NCBI GenBank assembly: GCA_049412325.1
Contig: JBMSEL010000002.1
Span: 14,523 to 78,522, forward strand
Length of the DNA stretch: 64,000 bases
Source of the DNA: Poseidonia sp.
GTDB lineage: Archaea > Thermoplasmatota > Poseidoniia > Poseidoniales > Poseidoniaceae
Direction: 5' to 3'
Below are positions 37,508-46,960 of the stretch, in pieces. Made by a program: the position numbers and the translations under genes. A model generated the notes under the pieces. The model made no database searches and had not been told where the DNA came from. It saw only the letters and a program-made list of their open reading frames with translations. Position 1 is the stretch's first letter; each line of letters opens with the position of its first letter.

Positions 37508-39757
37508 ATGTCGGGCGAACATGTCTTGATCTGTGTAGCCTGGCCTTACGCCAATGGCCCGCTCCACCTCGGCCACGTAGCCGGTTGCTATCTTCCTCCT
37601 GACATCCAATACAGGTTTGAACGGGCCATGGGCAACCGCGTCCTGATGGTTTCTGGCTCTGATGAGCATGGAACACCCATCACTGTCACCGCAGAGACTC
37701 AGGGCATCACACCTCAAGCCGTGGTTGACCAATACCACGAAATCAATCTCAAAGCATTGCTCGACCTTGGGTGTAGTTGGTCCAATCACCTTGACGCACG
37801 AGGCCCCGAGTTCGGCGGTGCATTGTTCAACAGAACCAGCGATGGCGAACACAAGCGAATGGTGCAAGATAATTTCCGAGCGTTAGAAGCAGGTGGCTTC
37901 TTTGAGCGTAAAACAACGGAACAATATTTCGAACTCCATGAAGATGGCTCTGGCCGATTCCTCCCCGACCGTTATGTTGAGGGTACGTGTCCTGCATGTG
38001 GAGAAGACGGTGCGCGCGGCGACCAATGCGATGCATGCGGGGCAACCTATGAGGCAGTTGAACTCAAGAATCCCGTATCAAAAATGAATCCCAAGGCAAC
38101 GATTGAGATTCGTGAAACCGACCACCTGTTCTACCGTCTGGACTTGTTTCAGGATGTCCTTGAACAACACGCAGTGCACCAACAATCAGTGTGGAAATCC
38201 AATGTGAAAGCCATGACCAAACAATGGCTCGACATGGGGCTAAGGCCGCGTGCGGTCACGCGAGATTTGGAATGGGGTATTTCGGTTCCACTGGAGGGAG
38301 AGGAGTGGTTGGGCAAATGCATCTATGTTTGGTTTGAGGCTGTTCAAGGCTACTCGACATGCGCAAGAATTTGGTCCAAGAACCATGCCGATGCCTTGCC
38401 GGATGGCGAGGACATGTGGAAACGCTGGTGGTGCGTTGCTGCTGATGGAACCGTGCCACGGCATCTGTATTTCCTCGGCAAAGATAACATTCCATTTCAC
38501 ACGGTGATTTGGCCGGCATTGATTCTTGGATTGAATCATGTTCACAACGGTTCAACGGCCAGCCAACCCGTCGCTCTTCCAGGACCAGGTGATTTTGCAC
38601 TGGAGGCCAACGTCCCTGCAATGGAATACCTCATGCTGGCTGGCGGACAATTTTCTAAATCAAGGAAGCACGCAGTTTGGCTTCCTTCTTTCCTTGAACG
38701 GTACGACCCGGATACGTTGCGATACTACCTCAGCATCAACATGCCAGAAAACCATGACACCGATTTTAACTGGCCAGACTTCGTTGAACGCGTCAACAGC
38801 GAACTTATTGCAGCCTATGGAAATTTTGTCCATCGGGTGCTGACACTTGGTGCAAGATTGCCCCATGATGGCGACCAATCACCATTTTCTCGCCATGACG
38901 GACACCCTTCAGTTGTTGCTCATCAAACCCATCTCGAAGAAGCCCTTGTGGAGATCACAACGTCGCTTCAACGACATCGCTACAAAGAAGCACTTCGGGC
39001 CATCATGACCGTTGCACAGTACGGAAATCAGGTTCTTCAGTCGGCTGCGCCGTGGAAGCATCTGAAAGAGCCACAGGACGGGGCTGACGAGAGTCTCGCA
39101 GCCTTAGCCTTTTGTTGGAGAATTGCCCGGTTCTTGGGGATCACGACTCAACCTTTCCTGCCCACCAGTGCGCAACGATTGTGGTCAACACTCGGGTATG
39201 ATGGCGACGTTTCTTCAATGGCATGGCAGGAAGCAGTGAATTGGAACGCACCACTCGCCTGGCTGAACGAGACCCCTCAGCCGCTTTTCCAACGGCTTGA
39301 TTTGGATGAAATTATGGCCTCTGAACAGCATCTCGTTGAACAAGGCCCCGAAAACGATGTCGTCCATGGGGTAAAAGGTGGCAAGAAAAAAGGAGGAAAC
39401 AAAATGAAAGAAGAGATTGAAGGCGTAACCTACCTCGAATTTGATACATTTGTGAAAGTCAACCTTCGTGTTGGCCGAATCACGAGTGTGGAAGACCACC
39501 CAAATGCAGACAAATTGTACGTCGTTCAATTGGACGATGGAACAGAAGATGGGCGAACGATTTGTGCGGGCTTGAAAGCATACTACACGCCAGAAGAGAT
39601 GACGGGTAAATTGGTGGTCTTTGTTGAGAATCTCAAGCCCCGTCCCTTGCGAGGTATCACATCCGAAGGCATGATGCTTGCAGCAGATGACGGTAGCGAC
39701 CACGTTCGATTGGTCACCATTGACGGGGACATCCGTCCGGGAAGTCAAGTGCGCTGA
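37508..39757 (+). CDS. metG: Methionyl-tRNA synthetase with C-terminal tRNA-binding (Trbp111/EMAP-like) domain
   Basis: Motifs PYANGPLHLGH, zinc knuckle CPACGEDGARGDQCDACG and QFSKSRK (KMSKS). C-terminal motif LRVGRITSVEDHPNADKLYV. Confidence 0.93.
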   Translation: MSGEHVLICVAWPYANGPLHLGHVAGCYLPPDIQYRFERAMGNRVLMVSGSDEHGTPITVTAETQGITPQAVVDQYHEINLKALLDLGCSWSNHLDARGPEFGGALFNRTSDGEHKRMVQDNFRALEAGGFFERKTTEQYFELHEDGSGRFLPDRYVEGTCPACGEDGARGDQCDACGATYEAVELKNPVSKMNPKATIEIRETDHLFYRLDLFQDVLEQHAVHQQSVWKSNVKAMTKQWLDMGLRPRAVTRDLEWGISVPLEGEEWLGKCIYVWFEAVQGYSTCARIWSKNHADALPDGEDMWKRWWCVAADGTVPRHLYFLGKDNIPFHTVIWPALILGLNHVHNGSTASQPVALPGPGDFALEANVPAMEYLMLAGGQFSKSRKHAVWLPSFLERYDPDTLRYYLSINMPENHDTDFNWPDFVERVNSELIAAYGNFVHRVLTLGARLPHDGDQSPFSRHDGHPSVVAHQTHLEEALVEITTSLQRHRYKEALRAIMTVAQYGNQVLQSAAPWKHLKEPQDGADESLAALAFCWRIARFLGITTQPFLPTSAQRLWSTLGYDGDVSSMAWQEAVNWNAPLAWLNETPQPLFQRLDLDEIMASEQHLVEQGPENDVVHGVKGGKKKGGNKMKEEIEGVTYLEFDTFVKVNLRVGRITSVEDHPNADKLYVVQLDDGTEDGRTICAGLKAYYTPEEMTGKLVVFVENLKPRPLRGITSEGMMLAADDGSDHVRLVTIDGDIRPGSQVR

Positions 39758-40387
39758 TCATTCACGCATTCGAGCGCGAACCTCTTCCATCACGGCCCTT
39801 GATGCGACTCGTGTCTCTTCACTCACGACCATTGCCTTGGACCTCAATTCTTCAGCCATCTCCTCAGGTAGGCCATCCAAATTGATGTCGACATTGAACA
39901 ATGCGCCCTTGGCGGCTGCACTGGCCAACAGTCCTGCGACACCAACATCCGTGACCGCATTTGCATTACCCAGGCGAGCCAATGAGGGTAATTTCGCGAG
40001 CAAACTCAGGGCCAACGATGCCGTTTCAAACGGTACTTCGGCAGCCCCGTAGGTCGCGGCCCGAATTGCTGAACGCCGGATTTCCTTTTCTTCATCCGTT
40101 GATTTCGCCATTGCAAAGCAAGCCATGACCTTGTCGAAGGCATCGCTGTCCTCAGTCGCAAGAACATTGGAGCGTTCCATCATTGGAATGGCCATTGATT
40201 GAATCTCTTCGGCGATGGCCCATCCATCGGCCCACTTTTCTTTTCCCAGTGTGAGGTCGCAAACCATGATGGAAAGAGCGGCCGCTTGTCCCAAGGCGAC
40301 AGCCGATGCTGTTCCTCCTCCAGGGGTTGGCGATGAAGACGCCAAAGCCGCTTGGAATTCTCTCAAACTCATGGACGCCCAGTTCAT
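39758..40387 (-). CDS. Formimidoyl-tetrahydrofolate cyclodeaminase
   Basis: The FTCD C-domain hallmark SSSPTPGGGTASAVALGQAAAL is present. ATG overlaps the formiminotransferase stop (ATGA). Confidence 0.8.
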   Translation of the reverse strand: MNWASMSLREFQAALASSSPTPGGGTASAVALGQAAALSIMVCDLTLGKEKWADGWAIAEEIQSMAIPMMERSNVLATEDSDAFDKVMACFAMAKSTDEEKEIRRSAIRAATYGAAEVPFETASLALSLLAKLPSLARLGNANAVTDVGVAGLLASAAAKGALFNVDINLDGLPEEMAEELRSKAMVVSEETRVASRAVMEEVRARMRE

Positions 40388-41430
40388 ACGTTGCCCTCCT
40401 GTTCCAAGGCCCATTCTATGATGTGTTGGCCGGGGTCGAAATGATGATGGCGATTCAATCCGAGCCCATCAACAGCTGCTGAAACCAGCGCGTTGTCTGA
40501 TGTGGCATCAGGGGAAAAATATCGACCAGCCTCCAACATGGCTTGGAGGGGGACCAGCCCGACAATTTCACTTCCACATAATGCAGTATCGTGATCCTCG
40601 GCCAAGCTTTCGCATGTCTTGAATGCGAGATGAAGAGGGCACCGTTCGACATCCAAGAGATTCATGGACACTTGGGATATCCCAAGTTCATCCACGGGAA
40701 CACCCATGCCCTGAACGCTGTCCAACATGCCTCGGCTACGTATTTTCCCACCAGCATCTGACTTCAGCAGACGCCCACTGCTGCGAACGATTGAACCAAT
40801 TTTTTTGGCAACGGATGCACCTTGTTCTTCCACATTAACATTGTAGGCAACCAGGATGGAACGAGCACCGACGGTAATCCCGCCTGACCGTGCAACGCTT
40901 TCCGACCAAATCATGGCGCCAGCATCGGGCAATTTGGTTTCATTCGAATGCGTTTGATCACTTCCGTCGAGTCGTGCTTTCAGCCCTTCGTATTCACCGC
41001 GCCTCAGGTGCGAAAGCATGGTTCGCTCTGCGCGTGAGGCTGCTGCACCGTAGAGAAACAACGGGATATCACCATTCTGCGCAAGGCGCTCAACTACGGT
41101 GCGGGCCAATTCGGCGCACTCATCGAGCGTGATGTCCCGCAACGGGACAAAGGGGCATACATCAACCACCCCCAATCTCGGATGTTCTCCTTTGTGATTG
41201 CGCATATCCAGCAACGATACACTCGCCTCAATGAGGGCGATGGCACCTTCGACCACGGATTCAGGTGGTCCTGCAAAGGTGATGACAGTGCGATGATAGT
41301 CAGCATCTGGTTCGACACCCAAAACAGTGCAACCCGGAGTTTGTTTCACGACCTCCACAATGGCATTGATCTTCTCAAGGTCCCTTCCTTCCGAAATGTT
41401 CGGAACGCACTCAACCAACGGAGAAGTCAT
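40384..41430 (-). CDS. Glutamate formimidoyltransferase
   Basis: N-terminal LVECVPNISEGRD hallmark and GEHPRLGVVDVCPFVP. ATG41430 chosen; the upstream ORF extension looks non-coding. Confidence 0.85.
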   Translation of the reverse strand: MTSPLVECVPNISEGRDLEKINAIVEVVKQTPGCTVLGVEPDADYHRTVITFAGPPESVVEGAIALIEASVSLLDMRNHKGEHPRLGVVDVCPFVPLRDITLDECAELARTVVERLAQNGDIPLFLYGAAASRAERTMLSHLRRGEYEGLKARLDGSDQTHSNETKLPDAGAMIWSESVARSGGITVGARSILVAYNVNVEEQGASVAKKIGSIVRSSGRLLKSDAGGKIRSRGMLDSVQGMGVPVDELGISQVSMNLLDVERCPLHLAFKTCESLAEDHDTALCGSEIVGLVPLQAMLEAGRYFSPDATSDNALVSAAVDGLGLNRHHHFDPGQHIIEWALEQEGNV

Positions 41431-41474
41431 GCCGCTTGGCCTGAACCTTGGGTCCTTGAACCTTCGCGCCCATG

Positions 41475-42707
41475 TCACGAGTAGAGGGCTTCCGGTGAGG
41501 TGGTCGTTCGACCCTGCGAACGTTTGTTGTCCAATCGGCTGATGGCGTCCATCATGTCCTGTTGAGTGACGGCAGAACGTCCGTCCCGAATAGCGATCAT
41601 TCCCGCCTCTACACATGTGGCCTTTAGTTCAGCACCAGAGTAGCCATTGGTTCGTTCGACAACTCTTCCGACCACGACTTTCTTGGTGTTCATCGATGCC
41701 AAATGCACCTGGAGAATCGCTTTCCGGGAAGTCTCATCGGGAATGGGGATTTCGATGACACGGTCAAATCGACCTGGCCTCAGTAAGGCATCGTCCAGGA
41801 TATCAGGGCGGTTCGTTGCAGCAATGATTTTGACATCGTGAAGGGCATCAAATCCATCGAGTTCAGCCAACAGCTGCATGAGGGTTCGCTGAACCTCTCG
41901 GTCACCGCTGGTGGAACCATCCAACCGTTTAGCACCAATGGCGTCGATTTCATCGAGGAAAATTACGCTGGGTGCCTTCTCCTTCGCCAATGAGAAGAGT
42001 TCGCGTACCATGCGCCCACCTTCACCAATGTACTTCTGAGCGAGTTCACTCCCCACCATTCGGATGAAGGTGGCGTTGGTGTGATTGGCAACGGCCTTGG
42101 CGAGTAATGTCTTGCCGCAACCCGGTGGGCCAACGAGAAGAACGCCTTTTGGAGGAACAATGCCCACTTTTTCAAACAATTCTGGCTGAACCAGTGGGAG
42201 TTCAATCGCTTCTCGAACAGACTCAACTTGTTCATCCAATCCGGCAACATCTCCGTAAGTGATGGTTGGTTTTTCAACCATTTCAGCACCACTGACCATG
42301 GGGTCCCATGCCTCATGGAGCAATTCCACCACTGAAAGACTGTCTTGATTGAGTGCCACCCTTGTCCCTGGCTTGAGTTTCTCGGGATCCAATCGTTGAT
42401 TTAACGAGACTTGGAAGACGGTCCCGTTTGAGGAGCGAACAATCGCGCGTTCATGGTCAAGCACATCTTGAATGTGGCCGACGATGAGCGGCGGCATCTT
42501 CAACAAATTGACGTTTTCATCCAACCGCTCGATACGTTTCCTCAAGGTTCGCATTTCGGCTTCCAAAGTGGTTCGCTCATTGATGAGTTGCTGCGTTTCG
42601 TCTCGAAGTGAGGCGTAGTCTTCCTCCAGTTTTCGGAGATCGTCCTCGGAGGTGTTGGGCAGAAGGCCTTCGTTTCTATCAACGTCCGTTCCCATGACAC
42701 TCAGCAT
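41475..42707 (-). CDS. pan: Proteasome-activating nucleotidase (PAN)
   Basis: N-terminal coiled coil, Walker A GPPGCGKTLLAKAVA, Walker B FLDEIDA, and AAA second region of homology. Alternative start ATG42695. Confidence 0.92.
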   Translation of the reverse strand: MLSVMGTDVDRNEGLLPNTSEDDLRKLEEDYASLRDETQQLINERTTLEAEMRTLRKRIERLDENVNLLKMPPLIVGHIQDVLDHERAIVRSSNGTVFQVSLNQRLDPEKLKPGTRVALNQDSLSVVELLHEAWDPMVSGAEMVEKPTITYGDVAGLDEQVESVREAIELPLVQPELFEKVGIVPPKGVLLVGPPGCGKTLLAKAVANHTNATFIRMVGSELAQKYIGEGGRMVRELFSLAKEKAPSVIFLDEIDAIGAKRLDGSTSGDREVQRTLMQLLAELDGFDALHDVKIIAATNRPDILDDALLRPGRFDRVIEIPIPDETSRKAILQVHLASMNTKKVVVGRVVERTNGYSGAELKATCVEAGMIAIRDGRSAVTQQDMMDAISRLDNKRSQGRTTTSPEALYS

Positions 42708-42798
42708 GACTATCAGGCGAGGCTTCTTAAGAAATTGGATGGATTTTCTCGACAAACGCTGGTCAAAGGGTTCAAAGAGCGTAACGAGGGAGTTGCAG

Positions 42799-43284
42799 AT
42801 GATGGGCGAATGCGAACTTTGTGGCGCTGTGAAGGTCAGTGTACAACGCGTACGCACTGGGAAAACAGAGGTCGCAGCGTGCAGCCGATGCATCGAGAAG
42901 ATGAATCTCGCTCCAAAGACGGAAGCCCCTGGCATCCAACGGGCTCGAACCTTTGCCGCCTCGCCCTCACCCCGCAAAAAGAAAAATGACATCATGTCCC
43001 GATCAAGCAAGGAATTGGCCGATGATTTTCACAAGAGAATCGCCCAAGCCCGCAATTCGCGGAACTGGACTCAACAACAACTCGCCAAAAAAATGGCCGA
43101 GACGGTGAACATCATCAAATCTGCAGAATCAGGAAAACGACCGACAGACAGTGTCATTCGTAAATTTGAACAGGTCTTGTCCATCGATCTCATGGTGGAG
43201 CGCACAGCCAGTGAAACCCGTCACATCAATGCCGGACCCACTCGCGGAATGACGTTTGGCGATTACCTCGACGATCTTCGGTGA
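42799..43284 (+). CDS. mbf1: Archaeal MBF1 (zinc ribbon + XRE-type HTH)
   Basis: CELCG...CSRC ribbon and HTH RNWTQQQLAKKMAETVNIIKSAESGKR. Divergent from pan. Confidence 0.8.
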   Translation: MMGECELCGAVKVSVQRVRTGKTEVAACSRCIEKMNLAPKTEAPGIQRARTFAASPSPRKKKNDIMSRSSKELADDFHKRIAQARNSRNWTQQQLAKKMAETVNIIKSAESGKRPTDSVIRKFEQVLSIDLMVERTASETRHINAGPTRGMTFGDYLDDLR

Positions 43285-43288
43285 TGTT

Positions 43289-43846
43289 GTGCGCCCCGTT
43301 GCTGTTCACGCGTTATGGCTCGCTCAAGACGACCCAAAAAAGAACACAGCCGTGCTCGCATCGAAACGTGGTGATTTGAAACTTCACAAATCCATACGTT
43401 CAATTCCCAAACGAGGCATCATCCTTGAACCACTTTGTGGGAAGGTGTTTGGCCCAGAAGATCATGAACTCCTCCTTGACCGTGGTGGTGCTCTTGTTGG
43501 GCTCGATTGCAGTTGGGCACAGATAGAAACATCAGTCCAATCGGTGATGAACCGAACCCGACTTCAACCTCGTATGCTCCCGTTGTTGTTGGCCGCTAAT
43601 CCAGTGAACTGGGGAAAACCTGGGCGCTTGACGACAGCAGAAGCCCTCGCTACGGTCCTTTACCTGGTTGGCAGGCAAGAACAAGCCAGAGAGGTCCTCG
43701 GGGCCTTCCGATGGGGGCAACGGTTTTTTGAACTGAATCAAGAACCTCTCGATGCCTATGCTAACGCACAAACAAGTGCAGAATTGGTTGAACTCCAGTT
43801 CGAATTTTTTGACATCCAACGACCTGAATCGGAGGCCATTGAATGA
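43289..43846 (+). CDS. tsr3: 16S rRNA aminocarboxypropyltransferase Tsr3
   Basis: Motifs DDPKKNTA, LDCSW and LLAANPVNWGKPGRLTTAEALA. GTG43289 chosen; alternative TTG43256 would overlap mbf1. Confidence 0.8.
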   Translation: MRPVAVHALWLAQDDPKKNTAVLASKRGDLKLHKSIRSIPKRGIILEPLCGKVFGPEDHELLLDRGGALVGLDCSWAQIETSVQSVMNRTRLQPRMLPLLLAANPVNWGKPGRLTTAEALATVLYLVGRQEQAREVLGAFRWGQRFFELNQEPLDAYANAQTSAELVELQFEFFDIQRPESEAIE

Positions 43847-44631
43847 AAAATGTGCGTACGTTTCCCGTACAACACGCTACATCAAGTGGGCGGGCGTTGA
43901 AGGAAGAATCGATTGCCGAAGAAACACTGATTCGAATTGTCGTCAATGATGTTGCCCTCGTCAATCTCCTTGGTTCCCCTGAACATTCACAGGAATTGGC
44001 CATTGGTCATCTCATGACAGAGCATGGATTGAATCCAGAGCATATCCATTCGGTGGACGTGAACATGATAGAACGAACGGTTGAGGTATGTGTTCTCACC
44101 GACGGTGATTACGTATTCAATGAGCGGAAGGGTGTCGTGACCAGTTCATGTGGAGCATGTGATCAATCAGGATTGAGTGAGTTGACCAAAGGCACTCGGG
44201 TTGTTTCAGATCCTGCTTCCCTCCTCCATGTTGACAACATCATGGAATATCTCCACGCCATGCGAGACCAACAAACAGGTTTTCGTTTGACAGGAGGTAT
44301 GCACGCTGCAGGATTGTATTCCCTTGACGGCCAAACCCACCTCGTTATGGAGGATATTGGTCGGCATAATGCGGTTGACAAGGCGTACGGAGCATGGCAT
44401 CAACATACATCCGAGAAGCCATCCATCCTCCTGCTCTCCGGGAGATGCGGATGGGATATTGTCGCAAAGGCGTCCGCCATGGACACCCCCATCATCGCAT
44501 CTTTTGGGGCCGCATCAAGCTTAGCCGTTGAAACAGCACGGGCCTCCAACATGACACTGATCACGTTTGTCAAAGGAGACAAAGCCGTCATTATTGGGCC
44601 AGTTGAGGGGCGATTTCATCGCAAGCATTGA
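43843..44631 (+). CDS. fdhD: FdhD sulfurtransferase (molybdoenzyme maturation)
   Basis: Motifs SSCGACD, GGMHAAGL and DIGRHNAVDK. ATGA overlap with the tsr3 stop. Confidence 0.85.
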   Translation: MKNVRTFPVQHATSSGRALKEESIAEETLIRIVVNDVALVNLLGSPEHSQELAIGHLMTEHGLNPEHIHSVDVNMIERTVEVCVLTDGDYVFNERKGVVTSSCGACDQSGLSELTKGTRVVSDPASLLHVDNIMEYLHAMRDQQTGFRLTGGMHAAGLYSLDGQTHLVMEDIGRHNAVDKAYGAWHQHTSEKPSILLLSGRCGWDIVAKASAMDTPIIASFGAASSLAVETARASNMTLITFVKGDKAVIIGPVEGRFHRKH

Positions 44632-44668
44632 GAAGTGCACGGCTGCAGCGAGGAACGGGGTAAGGGGT

Positions 44669-46960
44669 ATGCGCAAGCCAGCAAGAGCGCGAACGCCAAC
44701 AGATACGCGTGCGCTCAAACTCAAAAAACCCAAAACCAAGGCGGCCGGCATACCTGCTGTGGTCTCATCCACCAGCCACGGGCTTAGGAAAATGGGTATG
44801 GTCAAAACCATCAAAACGCTCTCTATGGTGAATCAAAAGGAGGGTTTTGATTGTCCAGGGTGTGCATGGCCAGATCCTGAACACCGAACCACGTTCGAAT
44901 TTTGTGAAAACGGAGCAAAGGCCGTGGCCGACGAAGCCATGAAGGCCAATGTTTCGCCGACGTTCTTCTCACGCTACAGCATCCAAGAACTCGCAGAAAT
45001 GAGTGATTACGAGTTGAACATGCAAGGCAGAATTGCTTCACCAGTCGTACTGCGAGAAGGAGAATCACACTATGCCCCCATCTCTTGGGATGAGGCGTTT
45101 GAAATGATTTCATCATCCCTCAAAGCAACGGAATCACCCGACCGTGCCGTATTTTATACCTCGGGAAGAACCAGTAATGAGGCTGCCTTTCTGTATCAGG
45201 CCTTTGTGCGGGCCTACGGGACCAACAACCTCCCTGATTGTTCGAACATGTGCCATGAATCAAGCGGAAAGGGCCTCGGGCAGACCATAGGGATCGGGAA
45301 AGGGACGGTTTCACTTGACGACTTTAATCATGCAGACGTGATCATGGTCATCGGGCAAAATCCTGGCACGAATCACCCACGTATGCTCACGGCGCTACGT
45401 GATGCCAAGCACCGGGGTTCAACCATCATTCATGTGAACCCACTGGCAGAAGCCGGCCTCAATCGGTTCAAACACCCACAAGATTACATGAAAGGACAGA
45501 TGAAAACCACAACCCTCGCTGACCTCCATCTCCAAGTCAAGATTGGTGGTGATGCAGCCTTGATGAAAGGGCTCATCAAATGTCAACTTGAGCATGACGC
45601 CATTGACCGTGAATTCATCCATACCAAGACTGAAGGCTATGACGCCATGGTCGCTGCTGCGCAAGAAACGACATGGGGCCAAATCGTTGCAGACTCCGGT
45701 CTTTCCGAACAAGAAATACGAGAGGCGGGCCATCTTTTGGCATCATCCAACGCCACCATCGCATGTTGGGCCATGGGCCTTACACAACATCGAAACGGCG
45801 TTGCCGTGATTCAAGAAGTGGTCAATTTGTTGCTCATGAACGGACATGTCGGACGGAAAGGGGCTGGATTCTGCCCGGTTCGCGGGCATTCAAACGTGCA
45901 AGGTGATCGCACGGTTGGTATTTGGGAAGCTCCCAGTGCAGCCTTTCTCAAGCAAATGGAAAAGGGCCTGGGTTTCTCCGTACCAACACATCACGGGTAT
46001 GACGTTGTTCATGCCATCCAGGCGATGTTGGATGGAGCAGTCGATGTGTTCATCTGCATGGGTGGGAATTTCCTTTCCGCCACCCCAGACACAGACCTGA
46101 CAGCGCAAGCCTTGGAGAAGGTGGGACTTACCGTTCAAGTTTCGACCAAGTTGAATCGATCCCACCTTGTTACAGGGAGAAATGCGCTCATTCTTCCTTG
46201 TTTAGGGCGTACAGAACGGGATGTCCAAGCATCGGGCGAACAATTCGTCACCGTTGAGAATTCGATGGGGACTGTGCATCGCTCCACTGGTGGTTTGCAA
46301 CCCGCCTCGGCTGATTTGAGAAGTGAACCTTCCATCATCGCCTCAATCGCTGAGATGACGCTTGGGGCCGCCCACCTTGAATGGTCCTCGTTGGTTGAAG
46401 ATTACGATCGAATCCGAGATTTGATGGAAGCATCACTCAAAGGATTCGAGAATTACAATGAACGCGTTCGCCAGCCAAACGGATTTTCACTCCCCAATCC
46501 GCCACGGGACGAACAAATGTTCGATACACCGTCAGGGAAGGCTGCCTTCACATCTCATGATTTGCCGAATGTTCGAATTGCACAAGATCACTATGTCTTG
46601 ATGACACTGCGCAGTCATGACCAATACAACACGACCATTTACGGACTCCATGACCGTTATCGAGGCGTCCATGGAAGGCGCCGTGTGCTGTTCATGAACG
46701 CCAACGACATGACAGAACGAGGGTGGAAATCCCGGCAACGCGTCTCCATTACAAGCCATTTTAACGGAGAAACGCGGCATGCGAGTGATTGGATGTTGAT
46801 TCCTTACGACATACCATCTGGCAACCTTGCGGCTTACTTCCCAGAAGCCAACTGCCTTGTCCCACTTCATTCGACTGCAGATGTTTCAAACACACCTACT
46901 TCCAAGTGGATTGTTTGTTCTCTTTCTGCCGATCCTTCGAATTCATCGGAGGAGGAGTGA
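44669..46960 (+). CDS. FdhF/YdeP-family molybdopterin oxidoreductase
   Basis: GFDCPGCAWPDPEHRTTFEFCENGAKA is the hallmark of the YdeP subgroup, within a molybdopterin dinucleotide-binding architecture. There is no in-frame stop, so no Sec. Confidence 0.85.
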   Translation: MRKPARARTPTDTRALKLKKPKTKAAGIPAVVSSTSHGLRKMGMVKTIKTLSMVNQKEGFDCPGCAWPDPEHRTTFEFCENGAKAVADEAMKANVSPTFFSRYSIQELAEMSDYELNMQGRIASPVVLREGESHYAPISWDEAFEMISSSLKATESPDRAVFYTSGRTSNEAAFLYQAFVRAYGTNNLPDCSNMCHESSGKGLGQTIGIGKGTVSLDDFNHADVIMVIGQNPGTNHPRMLTALRDAKHRGSTIIHVNPLAEAGLNRFKHPQDYMKGQMKTTTLADLHLQVKIGGDAALMKGLIKCQLEHDAIDREFIHTKTEGYDAMVAAAQETTWGQIVADSGLSEQEIREAGHLLASSNATIACWAMGLTQHRNGVAVIQEVVNLLLMNGHVGRKGAGFCPVRGHSNVQGDRTVGIWEAPSAAFLKQMEKGLGFSVPTHHGYDVVHAIQAMLDGAVDVFICMGGNFLSATPDTDLTAQALEKVGLTVQVSTKLNRSHLVTGRNALILPCLGRTERDVQASGEQFVTVENSMGTVHRSTGGLQPASADLRSEPSIIASIAEMTLGAAHLEWSSLVEDYDRIRDLMEASLKGFENYNERVRQPNGFSLPNPPRDEQMFDTPSGKAAFTSHDLPNVRIAQDHYVLMTLRSHDQYNTTIYGLHDRYRGVHGRRRVLFMNANDMTERGWKSRQRVSITSHFNGETRHASDWMLIPYDIPSGNLAAYFPEANCLVPLHSTADVSNTPTSKWIVCSLSADPSNSSEEE

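Noticed and set aside
39755-39760. Palindromic TGATCA where the metG stop and the convergent cyclodeaminase stop abut.
   Set aside because: This is simply two stop codons back to back (TGA/TCA). Nothing indicates a regulatory or restriction-related role.
44669-46960. Possible selenocysteine (in-frame TGA) in the formate-dehydrogenase-family oxidoreductase.
   Set aside because: The ORF is uninterrupted from ATG to stop, and the YdeP-type N-terminus has Cys residues with no internal stop.
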